From Actinomycetota bacterium (GTDB lineage: Bacteria > Actinomycetota > Geothermincolia > Geothermincolales > RBG-13-55-18), in the NCBI GenBank assembly GCA_014360685.1, contig JACIXB010000011.1:195261-259260 (forward strand): DNA of 64,000 bases, written 5' to 3'. Within the stretch, counting starts at the first letter, position 1. The number at the start of each line of letters is the position of its first letter. The notes beneath the pieces were generated by a model. The model had not been told where the DNA came from, did no database searches, and saw only the letters and a program-made list of their open reading frames with translations. Position numbers and translations under genes: made by a program. Positions 36,988 through 47,600 of the stretch are shown here, in pieces.

Positions 36988-38049
36988 TTGAGCGCGGGAA
37001 GGCGTGGGGGAAGCAAGATCCAGCGCCTGTCCATGGCCCTCTTGATCCCCTGCCTCCTGGCCTGTTGGTCGTTCAATGCCGCCGCGGCCGACCCCGTCAG
37101 CGAGAAAAAGGAGCAGGCCAAGGCGGTGGAAAAGCAGCTCAACGCCCTGCAGGCGGAGTTGAACCGGCTGACCTCGGAACTCAGCCAGACGCAGTCCAAG
37201 ATCGCCTCCCTGGAATCCAAGATCCAGGCCAACCAGGTGCAGCTTACCGCCGCCGAGGCCGAGCTGCAGCGCTGGAAGAAGATCCTTTCCGACCGCATGG
37301 TCGCCATGTACAAGGAGGGGAACGCCACCGCCCTCGACGTCCTCCTGGAATGCGAGGATTTCGATACCTTCGTCCACTCCTACGATTTCATGTCCCGTAT
37401 CGGCAGCCACGACGCGGAGGCCATCGCCGCCACCCGTTCCCTGGTGGCCGAGGTCCGGGCGAGGCGGGCGGAACTGGAGGACGCTAGGGCCCAGTACCAG
37501 GCCTATTACCGTAACCTGCAGAACCAACGCGCCTCCATCCAGAGCAAGCTCAACGAGCAGAAGGCCATCCTTGCCGGGCTGGACCGGGAGGTGGCCGAAC
37601 TGCTCAGCTCCCGGTACCGGGGGACGGGAGGGGGAGGAGGAACCTGGAACATCGGGCCGGTGAACGGCCTGTACTTCCCCGTAGCCGGCCCCCACAGCTA
37701 CGTGAACGACTGGGGGGCTCCCCGCTCGGTGGGCCGAACCCACAAGGGTTGCGACATCATGGCCGCCTACGGGACGCCCTGCGTGGCCATAACCAGCGGG
37801 GTGGTGGAGCAGCGACGGGGTGGCAACGCCGGACTTTACATCGCCCTGCACGGCGACAACGGGCATCTCTATTACTACATGCACCTCCAGGGCTTCGCCG
37901 CCTCCGGGCGCGTGGCCGCCGGCCAGGTGATCGGTTACGTGGGGGACACGGGAAACGCCCGCGGATGTCCACACCTCCACTTCGAGTGGCATCCCAACCA
38001 CGGGGGACCGGTCAACCCCTACCCCCTGCTGGTGGCCATCGACCGCTGA
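36988..38049 (+). CDS. Secreted coiled-coil M23 (LytM-type) metallopeptidase (PcsB/EnvC-like architecture)
   Basis: Signal-like 'MALLIPCLLACWSFNAAAA'; about 200 aa coiled coil; C-terminal 'HKGCDI', 'YYYMHL', 'HLHFEWH'. TTG at 36988 follows AAGGGAGGTGA. Confidence 0.85.
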   Translation: MSAGRRGGSKIQRLSMALLIPCLLACWSFNAAAADPVSEKKEQAKAVEKQLNALQAELNRLTSELSQTQSKIASLESKIQANQVQLTAAEAELQRWKKILSDRMVAMYKEGNATALDVLLECEDFDTFVHSYDFMSRIGSHDAEAIAATRSLVAEVRARRAELEDARAQYQAYYRNLQNQRASIQSKLNEQKAILAGLDREVAELLSSRYRGTGGGGGTWNIGPVNGLYFPVAGPHSYVNDWGAPRSVGRTHKGCDIMAAYGTPCVAITSGVVEQRRGGNAGLYIALHGDNGHLYYYMHLQGFAASGRVAAGQVIGYVGDTGNARGCPHLHFEWHPNHGGPVNPYPLLVAIDR

Positions 38050-38340
38050 CCCGCCCTCGGCAGGGATAGAAAGGTCGACGCGGGTTTTTCCCATGATATG
38101 GAAATTATCCCCACCATCGGGCGCGGCGGGAGCAGGCGGCGACGGAGCTTCCGGCGGCGGCCCGGCAAGGAGCCCGTCCCGGCCCCGGGCCCCTGACCCC
38201 CGGTCTCGGGACTCCCGGTTGCCGTGAAAGGCTGGGCATGGGCGGCGAACGTCACCCGGCGGAGAGGCGGCGGTGAAGGCCTCGGAGGGCTTGCGCCTCG
38301 ACCACGAGAAGCGGTGGGTTCGCTCGCCGTCGCGATTGCG

Positions 38341-39423
38341 TCATTGGGCGGTACCGCCCGGCTTGATCCCGGCCAGCGCGTGAAGGCGCTCCATGTCCAG
38401 GTGTTCGTCGATCAGCTCGCGCAACCTCCGCAGCTTGCTCTCCTCGTGGGTACGCGCGCTGCGGATGATCATCTCCGCCCGCTCCGCGGTGGTGAAGGTG
38501 TCCGTCCCCACCAGGATGACCGGTATGCCCATCTCCTCGGCCTTTCCCAGGATGATGCTGGAGGGGTAAAGATTACCGGTGAGCACGAGGCAGCTGGCGC
38601 CCGCTTCCATGGCCGCCAGCTGGATGTCGCTGCGGTCGCCCCCGGTCACCACGCAGTAATTGCGGCGCTTGCGGAAAATGGAGAGGGCATGTTCCTGGCT
38701 CATGGCCCCCACCACCAGGTCCTCCACCATCACCTCCCCGCATTCCTCGCCGCAGAGCATCTTCCCGTCCAGGAGCCTGGCCAGGTCGGCCACGTTGATG
38801 GAGGCCAACCGCCTCTCGTGGGGAAACACGCCCAGGACCGGTATGCCCTGTTTTTCCAGGTAGGGCACCAGGAGCTCGCGCACGAAGCTGTCCCGGTTGG
38901 CGGGGACCATGTTATAGATGACCCCCAGCAGGGCCTCGCCGAAACGGTCGCGCGCGAAGAGGGCATTATCCGCCAGGTAAGCGTCGTTGAAACGCTCCAC
39001 CAGGATGACCGTGGCCCGCAGGGCCGGCGCCAGCTCGAAGGCCGATATCCCCAGCATCCTTCCCTGCAGGGAGGTGTAGGCGCCCTGGAGGAGCACCAGG
39101 TCCTTCCCCCTCTCCACGCGGGACAGGGCCTCCCGGACGCGGGAGAGCATGTCGACGACCTCCCCCTTCAGGGCCTCGTTGACCAGCTTGGGGGTGAGCA
39201 AAACGGGGCAGATGTCGGAAAGGTCCTCCTCCAGTTCCAGGGTGCGGCGCATGAAGGCGGCGTCTTCGTCGGTGACCGTTCCCTCCTCCTGGTGGTAGCG
39301 GTGTCCCAGGGGCTTCATGTATCCCACGCGAAGACCCTCCTCCCGGAGGCGCATCCCCAGCCCGATGCACATGGTGTGCAGGCCGGCGAGGCCCTGCTGC
39401 GAGGTCAGGTAGAGATAAACCAT
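38341..39423 (-). CDS. Stand-alone Pta-N-terminal-like protein (BioD/AAA_26-like domain plus DRTGG domain), no PTA catalytic domain
   Basis: 'VVTGGDRSDIQLAAMEAGASCLVLTGN...GIPVILVGTDTF' is a DRTGG signature. N-terminus resembles the Pta regulatory region. ATG at 39423 (MVYLYL); the ORF-track 191-aa extension was rejected. Confidence 0.72.
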   Translation of the reverse strand: MVYLYLTSQQGLAGLHTMCIGLGMRLREEGLRVGYMKPLGHRYHQEEGTVTDEDAAFMRRTLELEEDLSDICPVLLTPKLVNEALKGEVVDMLSRVREALSRVERGKDLVLLQGAYTSLQGRMLGISAFELAPALRATVILVERFNDAYLADNALFARDRFGEALLGVIYNMVPANRDSFVRELLVPYLEKQGIPVLGVFPHERRLASINVADLARLLDGKMLCGEECGEVMVEDLVVGAMSQEHALSIFRKRRNYCVVTGGDRSDIQLAAMEAGASCLVLTGNLYPSSIILGKAEEMGIPVILVGTDTFTTAERAEMIIRSARTHEESKLRRLRELIDEHLDMERLHALAGIKPGGTAQ

Positions 39424-39428
39424 TTCCC

Positions 39429-41582
39429 TCACTCCTTGAGTACTATCCTGGCGTCGGCGGCCAGGCAGCCCTTCCCTTCTTCCAGCACCCGCAGGGGGTT
39501 TATGTCCATCTCGGTTATCTCCGGGAAGTCGACCACCAGCTGGCTGATGCGCAGGATGCTCTCCACCACGGCGTCTATGTCCGCGGCCTTCTCTCCCCGG
39601 GCGCCCTTGAGCAGGGCGTAGCTCTTGAGCTCCCGGAGCATCTCCACCGCTTCCTCTTCGCTGACCGGCGCCAGGCGGAAGCTCACGTCCCCCAGGACTT
39701 CCACGTAGATGCCCCCCAGGCCGATCATGAGCAGGGGGCCGAACTGGGCGTCCCGGCTCATGCCCACGATCAGTTCGCGGGAAGGGGGGAGCATTTCCTG
39801 GACCAGGACCCCCCAGATGGAGGCGGCGGGGACGAACTTGCGGGCTGCGGAGGTCACCGTCTCGTAGGCGTTGATGAGCGCGTCGGTATCCCGGATGTCC
39901 ACCACCACCCCTCCCACCTCGGTCTTGTGCAGGATGAGGGGAGAGGCGATCTTGATCACCACGGGGTAGCCGATCTCCCTGGCCGCGCGGATGCACTCCT
40001 CCAGGTTGGTGGCCAGCCGGGTGCGGGCCACCGGGAGGCCATATGCGGCCAGCACCTCCCGGGCTTCCACCTCCACCAGTTCCTTGCGGCCCTGGGCCAA
40101 GACGGCGTCGAAGGTCTGGCGGACCTTCCCCCGGTCCACGTCGAAGCGCACATGTGTCCGCCGGGGCCGGTGGAGGTAAGCGGTGTATTCCCGCATGGCC
40201 CGCAGGGTCCTCACCGCCTCCTCCGGGAACCGGAAGTTGGGTATGCCGGCCTCCCGTAGGATTTCCTCGGCCCGGGCGGATTCCTCTCCCCCCATGAAAA
40301 CCGCGAAAACCGTTTTCTCCGCCCCGCGAGCCTCCTCGGCCAACACGCGCGCCGTCTCCTCCACCTCGGTCATGGCCTGGGGAGTGAGGATGACCAGGAG
40401 CGCGTCGACGCCGGGGTCGGGGAGGACCGCCCTCACCGCCAGGCGGTAGCGATCCGGTCCCGCGTCACCCAGCACGTCCACGGGGTTGTACACGCTGGCC
40501 GCCTCGGGGAGCTCCCCGCGAAGCACGGTAGCCGTTTCCTCCGAGAGGGAGGCCAACACGAGGCCGCTTCGCTCCAATGCGTCGGAGGCTATGATGCCCG
40601 GCCCCCCGGCGTTGGTGATCACCCCCACCCGGGGGCCGCGCGGGGGCGGTTGGGAGGAAAAACCCCGGCAGAGCATGAAGAGGTCCTCCACTGTTTCCGC
40701 GCGGAGGGCCCCGCACCTGCGGAAGGCGGCGTTGTAGGCCTTTTCCGAACCGGCCAGGGTGCCGGTATGCGAGGAAACGGCCCGCGCTCCCGCCTGGGTT
40801 ACGCCGGCCTTGAGGACGATGACCGGCTTGCTGCGCCCCACGCGGGCGGCCACCTCCAGGAAGCGCTCCCCGTCCTGTATTCCCTCGAGGTAGGCGGCGA
40901 TCACCGAGGTGTTGGCATCTTTTTCCAAGTCCTCGAGAACGTCGCTCTCGTCCACGTCCATCTTGTTCCCCAGGCTGATGAAACGGGAAAAGCCGAGGTG
41001 GTTATCCGCCGACCATCCCAGGACGGCGGTGCACAGAGCGCCGGACTGGGACATGAAGGCCACCTTTCCCGGCAGGGGGGCGCGGGTGGCGAAGGTGGCG
41101 TTCAGGGGGGTGAAGGTGTCCGCCAGGCCCAGGCAATTGGGCCCCAGGACGCGTATGCCGTGCCGGTGGGCCGCCTCCCGCAGCTCCATCTCCCGGCGGT
41201 AGCCCTCGCGCCCCGCTTCCTTGAATCCCGCGGTGATGATCACCGCCCCTCGGGCGCCCCGCTCGCCGCATTGTTCCAGAACCTCGCGGACCGCGGGCGC
41301 GGGCACGATGATCACCGCCAGGTCCGGGGTGTCCGGGAGGTCGGCGACGCCGGGGTAACAGGGCAGCCCCAGCACGGTGGAGTGATTGGGGTTCACGGGA
41401 TAGACCCGGCCGGGAAAGCCGGAGCGCACTATGTTTTCCAGGACCACGCGCCCCACCTTGCCCGGTTTCTCCGAGGCTCCGACGACTGCCACCGAGCGGG
41501 GACGGAAAAACGCTTCCAAAGTCCCTTGCCTGGTAGTCAAGCGGGGATACCACCACCTTTCGCCGCCGGCCCGATATCCCAT
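39429..41582 (-). CDS. ADP-forming (NDP-forming) acetyl/acyl-CoA synthetase, fused alpha-beta
   Basis: 'FFRPRSVAVVGASEKPGKVG', 'GPNCLG', 'AFMSQSGAL', 'SHTGTLAG', C-terminal ATP-grasp 'GYPVVIKI...HKTEVGGV'. Start ATG at 41582 is tentative. Confidence 0.85.
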   Translation of the reverse strand: MGYRAGGERWWYPRLTTRQGTLEAFFRPRSVAVVGASEKPGKVGRVVLENIVRSGFPGRVYPVNPNHSTVLGLPCYPGVADLPDTPDLAVIIVPAPAVREVLEQCGERGARGAVIITAGFKEAGREGYRREMELREAAHRHGIRVLGPNCLGLADTFTPLNATFATRAPLPGKVAFMSQSGALCTAVLGWSADNHLGFSRFISLGNKMDVDESDVLEDLEKDANTSVIAAYLEGIQDGERFLEVAARVGRSKPVIVLKAGVTQAGARAVSSHTGTLAGSEKAYNAAFRRCGALRAETVEDLFMLCRGFSSQPPPRGPRVGVITNAGGPGIIASDALERSGLVLASLSEETATVLRGELPEAASVYNPVDVLGDAGPDRYRLAVRAVLPDPGVDALLVILTPQAMTEVEETARVLAEEARGAEKTVFAVFMGGEESARAEEILREAGIPNFRFPEEAVRTLRAMREYTAYLHRPRRTHVRFDVDRGKVRQTFDAVLAQGRKELVEVEAREVLAAYGLPVARTRLATNLEECIRAAREIGYPVVIKIASPLILHKTEVGGVVVDIRDTDALINAYETVTSAARKFVPAASIWGVLVQEMLPPSRELIVGMSRDAQFGPLLMIGLGGIYVEVLGDVSFRLAPVSEEEAVEMLRELKSYALLKGARGEKAADIDAVVESILRISQLVVDFPEITEMDINPLRVLEEGKGCLAADARIVLKE

Positions 41583-42060
41583 GTTCAACCACTCAAGGTC
41601 ACGGTTGGCGCCGGCGCACCCGCCGTTTCGGGCGCTTTGCCCGGCGGGAGACCGGTAACCGCATCGACCTAGCGGCTTCGCCGTGCCGTGGCCGACATCC
41701 CTTATTATATCCACCACGTTGCCGTATCACTCTTGCAGGCACCCGGGTGGTGGGGGATCAGGAGACCGAGCCGTTTTCCCGGTGGAGTGGTATTCCGTGA
41801 TTCCGCGCGCAAGAACAGCGGGCCGTCGTCCCCCGGGCAATGCCTCGTCCCGGGACGGGGGGAAGTCGTGCTTCAACGGTCCCGCCCGCAACCTTCAACT
41901 GTTTTGCCCAAAATACTCCTGGCCGTGGATTCGCATATTCTCGTAGGCGAGATAAAGGTAAGCGGTGTTCGAACGGGTACATGCCCTTATCATAAGAACC
42001 GAGGGAGCAACCCGGCAGCCCGGCGGAACCGGTGGGTCGACAGGATTAAGGGGCGTTCTT

Positions 42061-42089
42061 TTGACTGCCCCTCGAGGCTGCCCTATAAT
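42061..42089 (+). promoter_or_regulatory. Candidate sigma-70-type promoter for greA (TTGACT, 17-nt spacer, TATAAT)
   Basis: Hexamers read directly at 42061-42066 and 42084-42089, about 50 nt upstream of the greA ATG. Confidence 0.5.
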
Positions 42090-42137
42090 TACTTAACGTT
42101 ATTCCTGAGAGAATGCCGCGAATGGAGATGGACAGCC

Positions 42138-42659
42138 ATGCAGGATGACTTCCGGCCCAGCATGCCGGGCGATTACCGCGAGGAGAAGGAAGAGGACATC
42201 GTCCTCACCGAGGAGGGCATGAGGAGGCTCCAGGAGGAACTGGACTACCTGAAAAACGTGAAGCGCTGGGAAGTGGCCAAGCGCATCGAGCAGGCCAGGT
42301 CCTTCGGGGACATCATGGAGAACTCCGAGTACGAGGACGCCAAGCACGAGCAGGCCTTCGTCCAGGGCCGCATCGTGGAGATCGAGCGCATCCTGGAGAA
42401 CGCGCGCGTCATCAGGGAGGAAGAGATAGACCTCGACGAGGTGGCCCTGGGGTCCACCGTGTACCTGGAGGACGTGCAGAGGGGCGAGGAGATGAGGTTT
42501 CGCCTGGTGAGCGCCGCCGAGGCCCGGGGCGGGCGGGACTGCCTTTCCGACCAGTCGCCGGTGGGCAAGGCCATCCTGGGACGCAGGGCGGGAGAGGTGG
42601 TGGATGTACAGGTCCCCTCGGGAATCATCCAATACCGCATCCTGCGCATAGAGAGATGA
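42138..42659 (+). CDS. greA: Transcription elongation factor GreA
   Basis: 'LTEEGMRRLQEELDYL......VAKRIEQARSFGD..ENSEYEDAK.EQ', C-terminal 'S..SP.G.A.LG...G'. ATG at 42138. Confidence 0.92.
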   Translation: MQDDFRPSMPGDYREEKEEDIVLTEEGMRRLQEELDYLKNVKRWEVAKRIEQARSFGDIMENSEYEDAKHEQAFVQGRIVEIERILENARVIREEEIDLDEVALGSTVYLEDVQRGEEMRFRLVSAAEARGGRDCLSDQSPVGKAILGRRAGEVVDVQVPSGIIQYRILRIER

Positions 42660-44182
42660 CCGGGTCCGCAGAGATGAATCCCCCCGATGACCTCGCGATC
42701 CACCCCGCCTTCCGCGGCGAGGGCGAACAGGTCATAAGGCGCCTTCAAAAGCTCGAGGAGTGGAAGGCCAGGGGCGTGGAACCCTACGCCTGGAGGTATC
42801 CCCGCCGCGACACCACGGAGGGGTTGCGGGCTAAATTCCATGATTTGGAAAATGGCGCCGAGAGCGGATACCGGGCGTCGCTGGCCGGCAGGCTCATGGC
42901 CTTCCGTCGCCACGGTAAGGCTTCCTTCGCCGACCTGGAAGACGGGTGGGGAAGGATCCAGCTCATGGCCGCCGTGGATTCCCTGGGTGGGGAAGGATAC
43001 CAACTTTTCCAGGAATTGGATATTGGTGACTGGGTGGGCGTCGAGGGCCCGGTTTTCCGGTCGCGCCGTGGGGAACTCACGGTGAGGGTGGAGGAATTCA
43101 GGCTGCTCTCCAAGAGCCTTCGTCCCCTGCCGGAGAAGTGGCACGGCCTGAAGGACGTGGAGCTGCGCTATCGCCGGAGGTACCTTGACCTCCTGGTGAA
43201 CCCGGAAGTGAAGCGCAAGCTGCTGGTCCGGGTGAAGACCATCAGGGAGGTACGCCGCTTCCTGGATGACAGGGATTTCCTGGAAGTGGAGACCCCCATG
43301 CTGCACCTCATCCCCGGGGGCGCGGCCGCCCGCCCCTTCGTCACCTACCACCACGCCCTCGGCGAGGAGCTCTACCTGCGCATAGCGCCCGAGCTCTACC
43401 TGAAGCGGTGCCTGGTGGGAGGGCTGGAGAAGGTCTATGAGATCAACCGCAACTTCCGCAACGAGGGTATCTCCTACAAGCACAACCCGGAATTCACCAT
43501 GCTCGAGTTCTACTGGGCCTTCGTGGACTACCTGGACCTGGCCTCCTTCCTGGAGGAGATGCTCTCCGAGGTGGTAGGGCGCGTCATGGGCACCCTGAAG
43601 TTCACCTACCAGGGGAGGGAGATGGACTTCACCCCTCCCTGGAGGAGAACCACCCTCCTGGAAGCCGTATCCGCGGCCGTGGGGGAGAAAGTGGACTCCT
43701 CCACTTCTCCGGATAAGTGGAAGGAACTGGCAGAACGCCATTCCGTTCCGCTGGAGGAGGGATGGGGACCGGGAAAGGCGGCCACTGAGCTCTTCGAGAA
43801 GCTGGTGGAGCCCGAACTCTGGGAACCCACCCTGGTCATGGATTATCCGCGCGAGGTCTCTCCCCTGGCCCGCGCCCACCGCTCCGATCCCTTCCTCACC
43901 GAGAGGTTCGAGCTCATCGCCGCCGGGAGGGAGCTGGCCAACGCCTTCTCGGAACTCATCGACCCCCTCGACCAGCGGGAACGCTTCGAGCAGCAGGCCC
44001 GGCAGCGGGAGCGGGGTGACGAGGAAGCCCACGTGGTGGACTACGACTACCTGCGGGCCATGGAGTACGGCATGCCCCCCGCCGGCGGCCTGGGATTGGG
44101 GATAGACCGCCTGGTGATGATCCTGACCGATTCCCACTCCATCCGGGAGGTCATCCTCTTCCCCCACCTGAGGCCCGTATGA
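42656..44182 (+). CDS. lysS: Lysyl-tRNA synthetase, class II
   Basis: OB-fold 'GRLMAFRRHGKASFADL', 'FLEVETP', 'YEINRNFRNEGIS', 'GGLGLGIDRLVM'. ATGA overlap with greA. Confidence 0.95.
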   Translation: MTGSAEMNPPDDLAIHPAFRGEGEQVIRRLQKLEEWKARGVEPYAWRYPRRDTTEGLRAKFHDLENGAESGYRASLAGRLMAFRRHGKASFADLEDGWGRIQLMAAVDSLGGEGYQLFQELDIGDWVGVEGPVFRSRRGELTVRVEEFRLLSKSLRPLPEKWHGLKDVELRYRRRYLDLLVNPEVKRKLLVRVKTIREVRRFLDDRDFLEVETPMLHLIPGGAAARPFVTYHHALGEELYLRIAPELYLKRCLVGGLEKVYEINRNFRNEGISYKHNPEFTMLEFYWAFVDYLDLASFLEEMLSEVVGRVMGTLKFTYQGREMDFTPPWRRTTLLEAVSAAVGEKVDSSTSPDKWKELAERHSVPLEEGWGPGKAATELFEKLVEPELWEPTLVMDYPREVSPLARAHRSDPFLTERFELIAAGRELANAFSELIDPLDQRERFEQQARQRERGDEEAHVVDYDYLRAMEYGMPPAGGLGLGIDRLVMILTDSHSIREVILFPHLRPV

Positions 44183-44426
44183 GCACCGTTCCCGCGCGGC
44201 TCCCGCCGGCGTTTGCGCTGCGCGGAGCGGATGATCCCGTTCCGCCGCCGACCCCGTCCTCCCCTTGCACCGATCCTGGGGTAAAAATCGCCCCATCGGC
44301 TACCCGGGCTTTCCGCCTTCCGGAGGTCAAGGCGGCGGGGCGGGGCGTCGATTCTTAATGGGGAAGGGTTCCTCGGCTGTCGCCCGCGACCGGCAAGGAC
44401 ATGAGCGATGGCATGGCGAACCGTCT

Positions 44427-44454
44427 TTGAAAAGGGTATAAAAGGTGTGATAAT
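44427..44454 (+). promoter_or_regulatory. Candidate promoter for clpC (TTGAAA, 16-nt spacer, extended -10 TGTGATAAT)
   Basis: Read directly, about 35 nt upstream of the GTG start. Confidence 0.45.
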
Positions 44455-44489
44455 TAAGTTGAGCATGAACTGATTTGGAGGGATTGGAA

Positions 44490-46964
44490 GTGTTTCAGAG
44501 ATTCTCGGACCGGGCAAGGCGGGTGGTGGTCCTGGCCCAGGAAGAAGCCCGCATGCTCAACCATAACTATATCGGCACGGAACACCTGCTCCTGGGACTT
44601 ATCCAGGAGGGCGAGGGAGTGGCCGCCAAGGCCCTGGAGTCTATGGGCATCAGCCTGGAGGCGGTCCGCAACCAGGTGGAGGAGATCATCGGTCGCGGCA
44701 GCACGGCCCCCACCGGACACATCCCCTTCACTCCCCGGGCCAAGAAAGTCCTGGAGCTTTCCCTGCGGGAAGCCCTGCAGCTGGGCCATAACTACATCGG
44801 CACCGAGCACATCCTCCTGGGCCTCATCCGCGAGGGAGAGGGGGTGGCCGCCCAGGTCCTCACCAAGTTGGGAGCCGACCTGGACCGGGTGCGCAACCAG
44901 GTGGTCCAGCTCCTGACCGGGGCTTCCGCCGCCTCCCGGGAGACCTCCCACGCCGGCGAGCCGGCTCCACAGGGCAACCTCCTCCTGGACCAGTTCGGGC
45001 GCAACCTCACCCAACTGGCCATGCAGAACAAGTTGGACCCGGTCATAGGCCGGGAGAAGGAGATAGAGAGGGTCATGCAGGTCCTCTCCCGCCGCACCAA
45101 GAACAACCCGGTGCTCATCGGGGAGCCGGGAGTGGGCAAGACGGCGGTGGTGGAGGGATTCGCCCAGAAGATCGTGAACAACGAGGTCCCCCAGATCCTG
45201 GCGGGGAAGCAGCTCTACACCCTGGACCTGGGAGCCCTGGTGGCCGGTTCGCGCTACCGCGGCGACTTCGAGGAGCGCCTCAAGAAGGTGGTCAAGGAGA
45301 TCCGCAGCCGCGGGGACATCATCCTCTTCATCGACGAGCTGCACAACCTGGTGGGCGCGGGCGCGGCGGAGGGGGCCATCGACGCCGCCTCCATCCTCAA
45401 GCCGGCCCTGGCCCGGGGGGAGCTGCAGACCATAGGGGCCACCACCCTGGACGAGTACCGCAAGCACCTGGAAAAGGACGCCGCCCTGGAGCGGCGCTTC
45501 CAGCCCATCCTGGTGGAGGAGCCCAGCGTGGAGCAGACCATCGAGATCCTCAAGGGCCTCCGCGACCGCTACGAGGCCCACCACCGGGTGGCCATCACCG
45601 ACGGGGCCCTGGTGGCGGCGGCCCGGCTGGCCAGCCGCTACATAACCGATCGTTTCCTGCCGGACAAGGCCATCGACCTCATCGACGAGGCGGCTTCAAG
45701 GCTGCGCATCCGGGCCATGACCGCTCCGCCCGATTTCCGGGAGCTGGAGGAGAAGCTGCAGAAGGTGCGCCAGGAGAAGCAGGCGGCCATCGCCGCCCAG
45801 GAGTTCGAGAAGGCAGCCAGCCTGCGGGACCGGGAGAAGGAGATCCTCAAGGAGATGGAGCAGCTGGAGGAGGATTGGAAGCTGCCTTTGGGCTCCCACC
45901 AGCTCCAGGTGACCGAGGACGACATCGCCGACATCCTCTCCTCCTGGACGGGGATCCCGGTGAGCCAGCTCACCGAGGAGGAGAGCAGCAAGCTCCTGCG
46001 CATGGAGGAGGAGCTGCACAAGCGCATCGTGGGCCAGGACGAGGCGGTGCGGGCGGTGTCCCGCTCCATCCGCCGGGCGCGTTCCGGCCTCAAGGACCCC
46101 AAGAGGCCCGGCGGTTCCTTCATCTTCCTGGGCCCCTCCGGGGTGGGCAAGACGGAGCTGGCCCGCGCCCTGGCCGAGTTCCTGTTCGGAGACGAGTCGG
46201 CCCTCATCCAGATCGATATGTCCGAGTACATGGAGAAGCACGCCGTATCCCGCCTGGTGGGGTCGCCGCCGGGATACGTGGGCTACGAGGAGGGGGGACA
46301 GCTCACGGAAGCGGTGCGCCGCAAGCCCTTCAGCGTGGTTCTCCTGGACGAGATCGAGAAGGCCCACCCCGACGCCTTCAACATGCTCCTCCAGATCCTG
46401 GAGGACGGTAGGCTGACCGACTCCCAGGGCCACAAGGTGGACTTCCGCAACACCATCGTCATCATGACCTCCAACCTGGGAGCCAGGGACATAAGCAAAG
46501 GTACCCCCTTGGGCTTCACGGCCAAGAAGGAGGGAGGCCTAGACTACGAGAAGATGAAAGAGCGGGTGCTCTCGGAGCTCAAGAGGACCTTCCGCCCCGA
46601 GTTGCTCAACCGCATCGACGACGTCATCGTCTTCCACGAGCTCAGCCACGAGCAGATCAAGCAGATCGTGGACCTGCTCATGAAACGGGTCAAGGACCAG
46701 CTGGCGGAGCAGGACATGGAGCTCATCCTCTCCGACGACGCCAAGGAGGTCCTGGTCAAGGAGGGATACGACCCCGTGTACGGGGCCAGGCCCCTGCGCC
46801 GGGCCATCCAGAAGCTCATCGAGGACCCGCTCTCGGAGAAGATCCTGGCCAAGGAGTTCCAGCCCGGTTCCACCATCCTGGTGGCCACAGACGGGGAGGG
46901 CCGCATAACCTTCGAAAGGGTCCAGGCGCCGGAGAGCGGGGCGGATATCGTCCAGTTGACCTGA
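44490..46964 (+). CDS. clpC: ATP-dependent Clp protease ATP-binding subunit ClpC
   Basis: Two Clp_N repeats, Walker A '[13 protein letters not shown]' and '[13 protein letters not shown]', UVR-like 'FEKAASLRD'. GTG at 44490 ([10 protein letters not shown]) follows GGAGGGA. Confidence 0.95.
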   Translation: MFQRFSDRARRVVVLAQEEARMLNHNYIGTEHLLLGLIQEGEGVAAKALESMGISLEAVRNQVEEIIGRGSTAPTGHIPFTPRAKKVLELSLREALQLGHNYIGTEHILLGLIREGEGVAAQVLTKLGADLDRVRNQVVQLLTGASAASRETSHAGEPAPQGNLLLDQFGRNLTQLAMQNKLDPVIGREKEIERVMQVLSRRTKNNPVLIGEPGVGKTAVVEGFAQKIVNNEVPQILAGKQLYTLDLGALVAGSRYRGDFEERLKKVVKEIRSRGDIILFIDELHNLVGAGAAEGAIDAASILKPALARGELQTIGATTLDEYRKHLEKDAALERRFQPILVEEPSVEQTIEILKGLRDRYEAHHRVAITDGALVAAARLASRYITDRFLPDKAIDLIDEAASRLRIRAMTAPPDFRELEEKLQKVRQEKQAAIAAQEFEKAASLRDREKEILKEMEQLEEDWKLPLGSHQLQVTEDDIADILSSWTGIPVSQLTEEESSKLLRMEEELHKRIVGQDEAVRAVSRSIRRARSGLKDPKRPGGSFIFLGPSGVGKTELARALAEFLFGDESALIQIDMSEYMEKHAVSRLVGSPPGYVGYEEGGQLTEAVRRKPFSVVLLDEIEKAHPDAFNMLLQILEDGRLTDSQGHKVDFRNTIVIMTSNLGARDISKGTPLGFTAKKEGGLDYEKMKERVLSELKRTFRPELLNRIDDVIVFHELSHEQIKQIVDLLMKRVKDQLAEQDMELILSDDAKEVLVKEGYDPVYGARPLRRAIQKLIEDPLSEKILAKEFQPGSTILVATDGEGRITFERVQAPESGADIVQLT

Positions 46965-47077
46965 AAGGCGCTTGCGGCCCGGCTCCGTTAACAGGCCGGC
47001 GAAGATTGCGAGCCCACATTATTCCTGCTCACCCGGTAGGTTGATAAGAGGCCGTATCGCGCACGGCCTGCGGCGGC

Positions 47078-47112
47078 GTGAGGTTCCGGATCCTACCCTC
47101 ACTTTTCCCTTA
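47078..47112 (+). terminator. Possible intrinsic terminator downstream of clpC
   Basis: GTGAGG...CCTCAC stem enclosing TTCCGGATCCTAC, followed by TTTTCCCTT. The stem is short and the loop long. Confidence 0.3.
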
Positions 47113-47234
47113 AAGAGAATCCGGCGGAGGCGGTCTCGCCCGGAAGCGACTCGTTCCGGCTCCAGGCGCGGGACAGGTTTCAAAGTGTCGCACCGTGCAT
47201 CAGCGCGTCACGAGGCTCAGGCCTTTCCGGGGTT

Positions 47235-47600
47235 TCAGGTTAAGATCAGGGAAAGGGACAGCAGGACCAGGGAGGCGAGGAGCTCGAGGATTCCCGAACG
47301 TATACCCTGGTGGGTGAAATGGTAGACGCTCAGGATCAGGTAGAAAAGGGCGATGGCCACCACCCACCCCCGGACCACCAGGTGCGTGCGGCGCCAGGAA
47401 GGCGAGTCCCTGCGACGGGACGCCTCCGCGGCAAGGTAAACCAGGAGCATCACCCACAGGGTCAGCGCCGTCTCCGCCAGGCCGGATTTCCACCCCTCGG
47501 TGGCCAGGTGGTAGGTCGCCACCCGCAAGTTGAGGAGGGTGAAGACCGCCAGCAGGATGACCGCCGCAACCCTCTTGGCCTTCTCTCCCCTGACGCTCAT
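47235..47600 (-). CDS. Hypothetical integral membrane protein (about 4 TM helices)
   Basis: ATG at 47600 follows AAAGGAGGTGAA. Four hydrophobic stretches (for example 'VAAVILLAVFTLLNL', 'ELLASLVLLSLSLIL'). No family recognised. Confidence 0.55.
   Translation of the reverse strand: MSVRGEKAKRVAAVILLAVFTLLNLRVATYHLATEGWKSGLAETALTLWVMLLVYLAAEASRRRDSPSWRRTHLVVRGWVVAIALFYLILSVYHFTHQGIRSGILELLASLVLLSLSLILT

Noticed and set aside
42245-44296. 683-aa minus-strand ORF
   Set aside because: It is antisense to greA/lysS, both of which carry unambiguous family motifs. No motifs of its own; a high-GC open-frame artefact.
47078-47105. tRNA-like T-loop string 'GGTTCCGGATCC'
   Set aside because: The loop length is wrong for a T-arm, and no complementary acceptor 5' strand or anticodon arm lies at the right distance upstream. 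It is better explained as a weak terminator hairpin after clpC.
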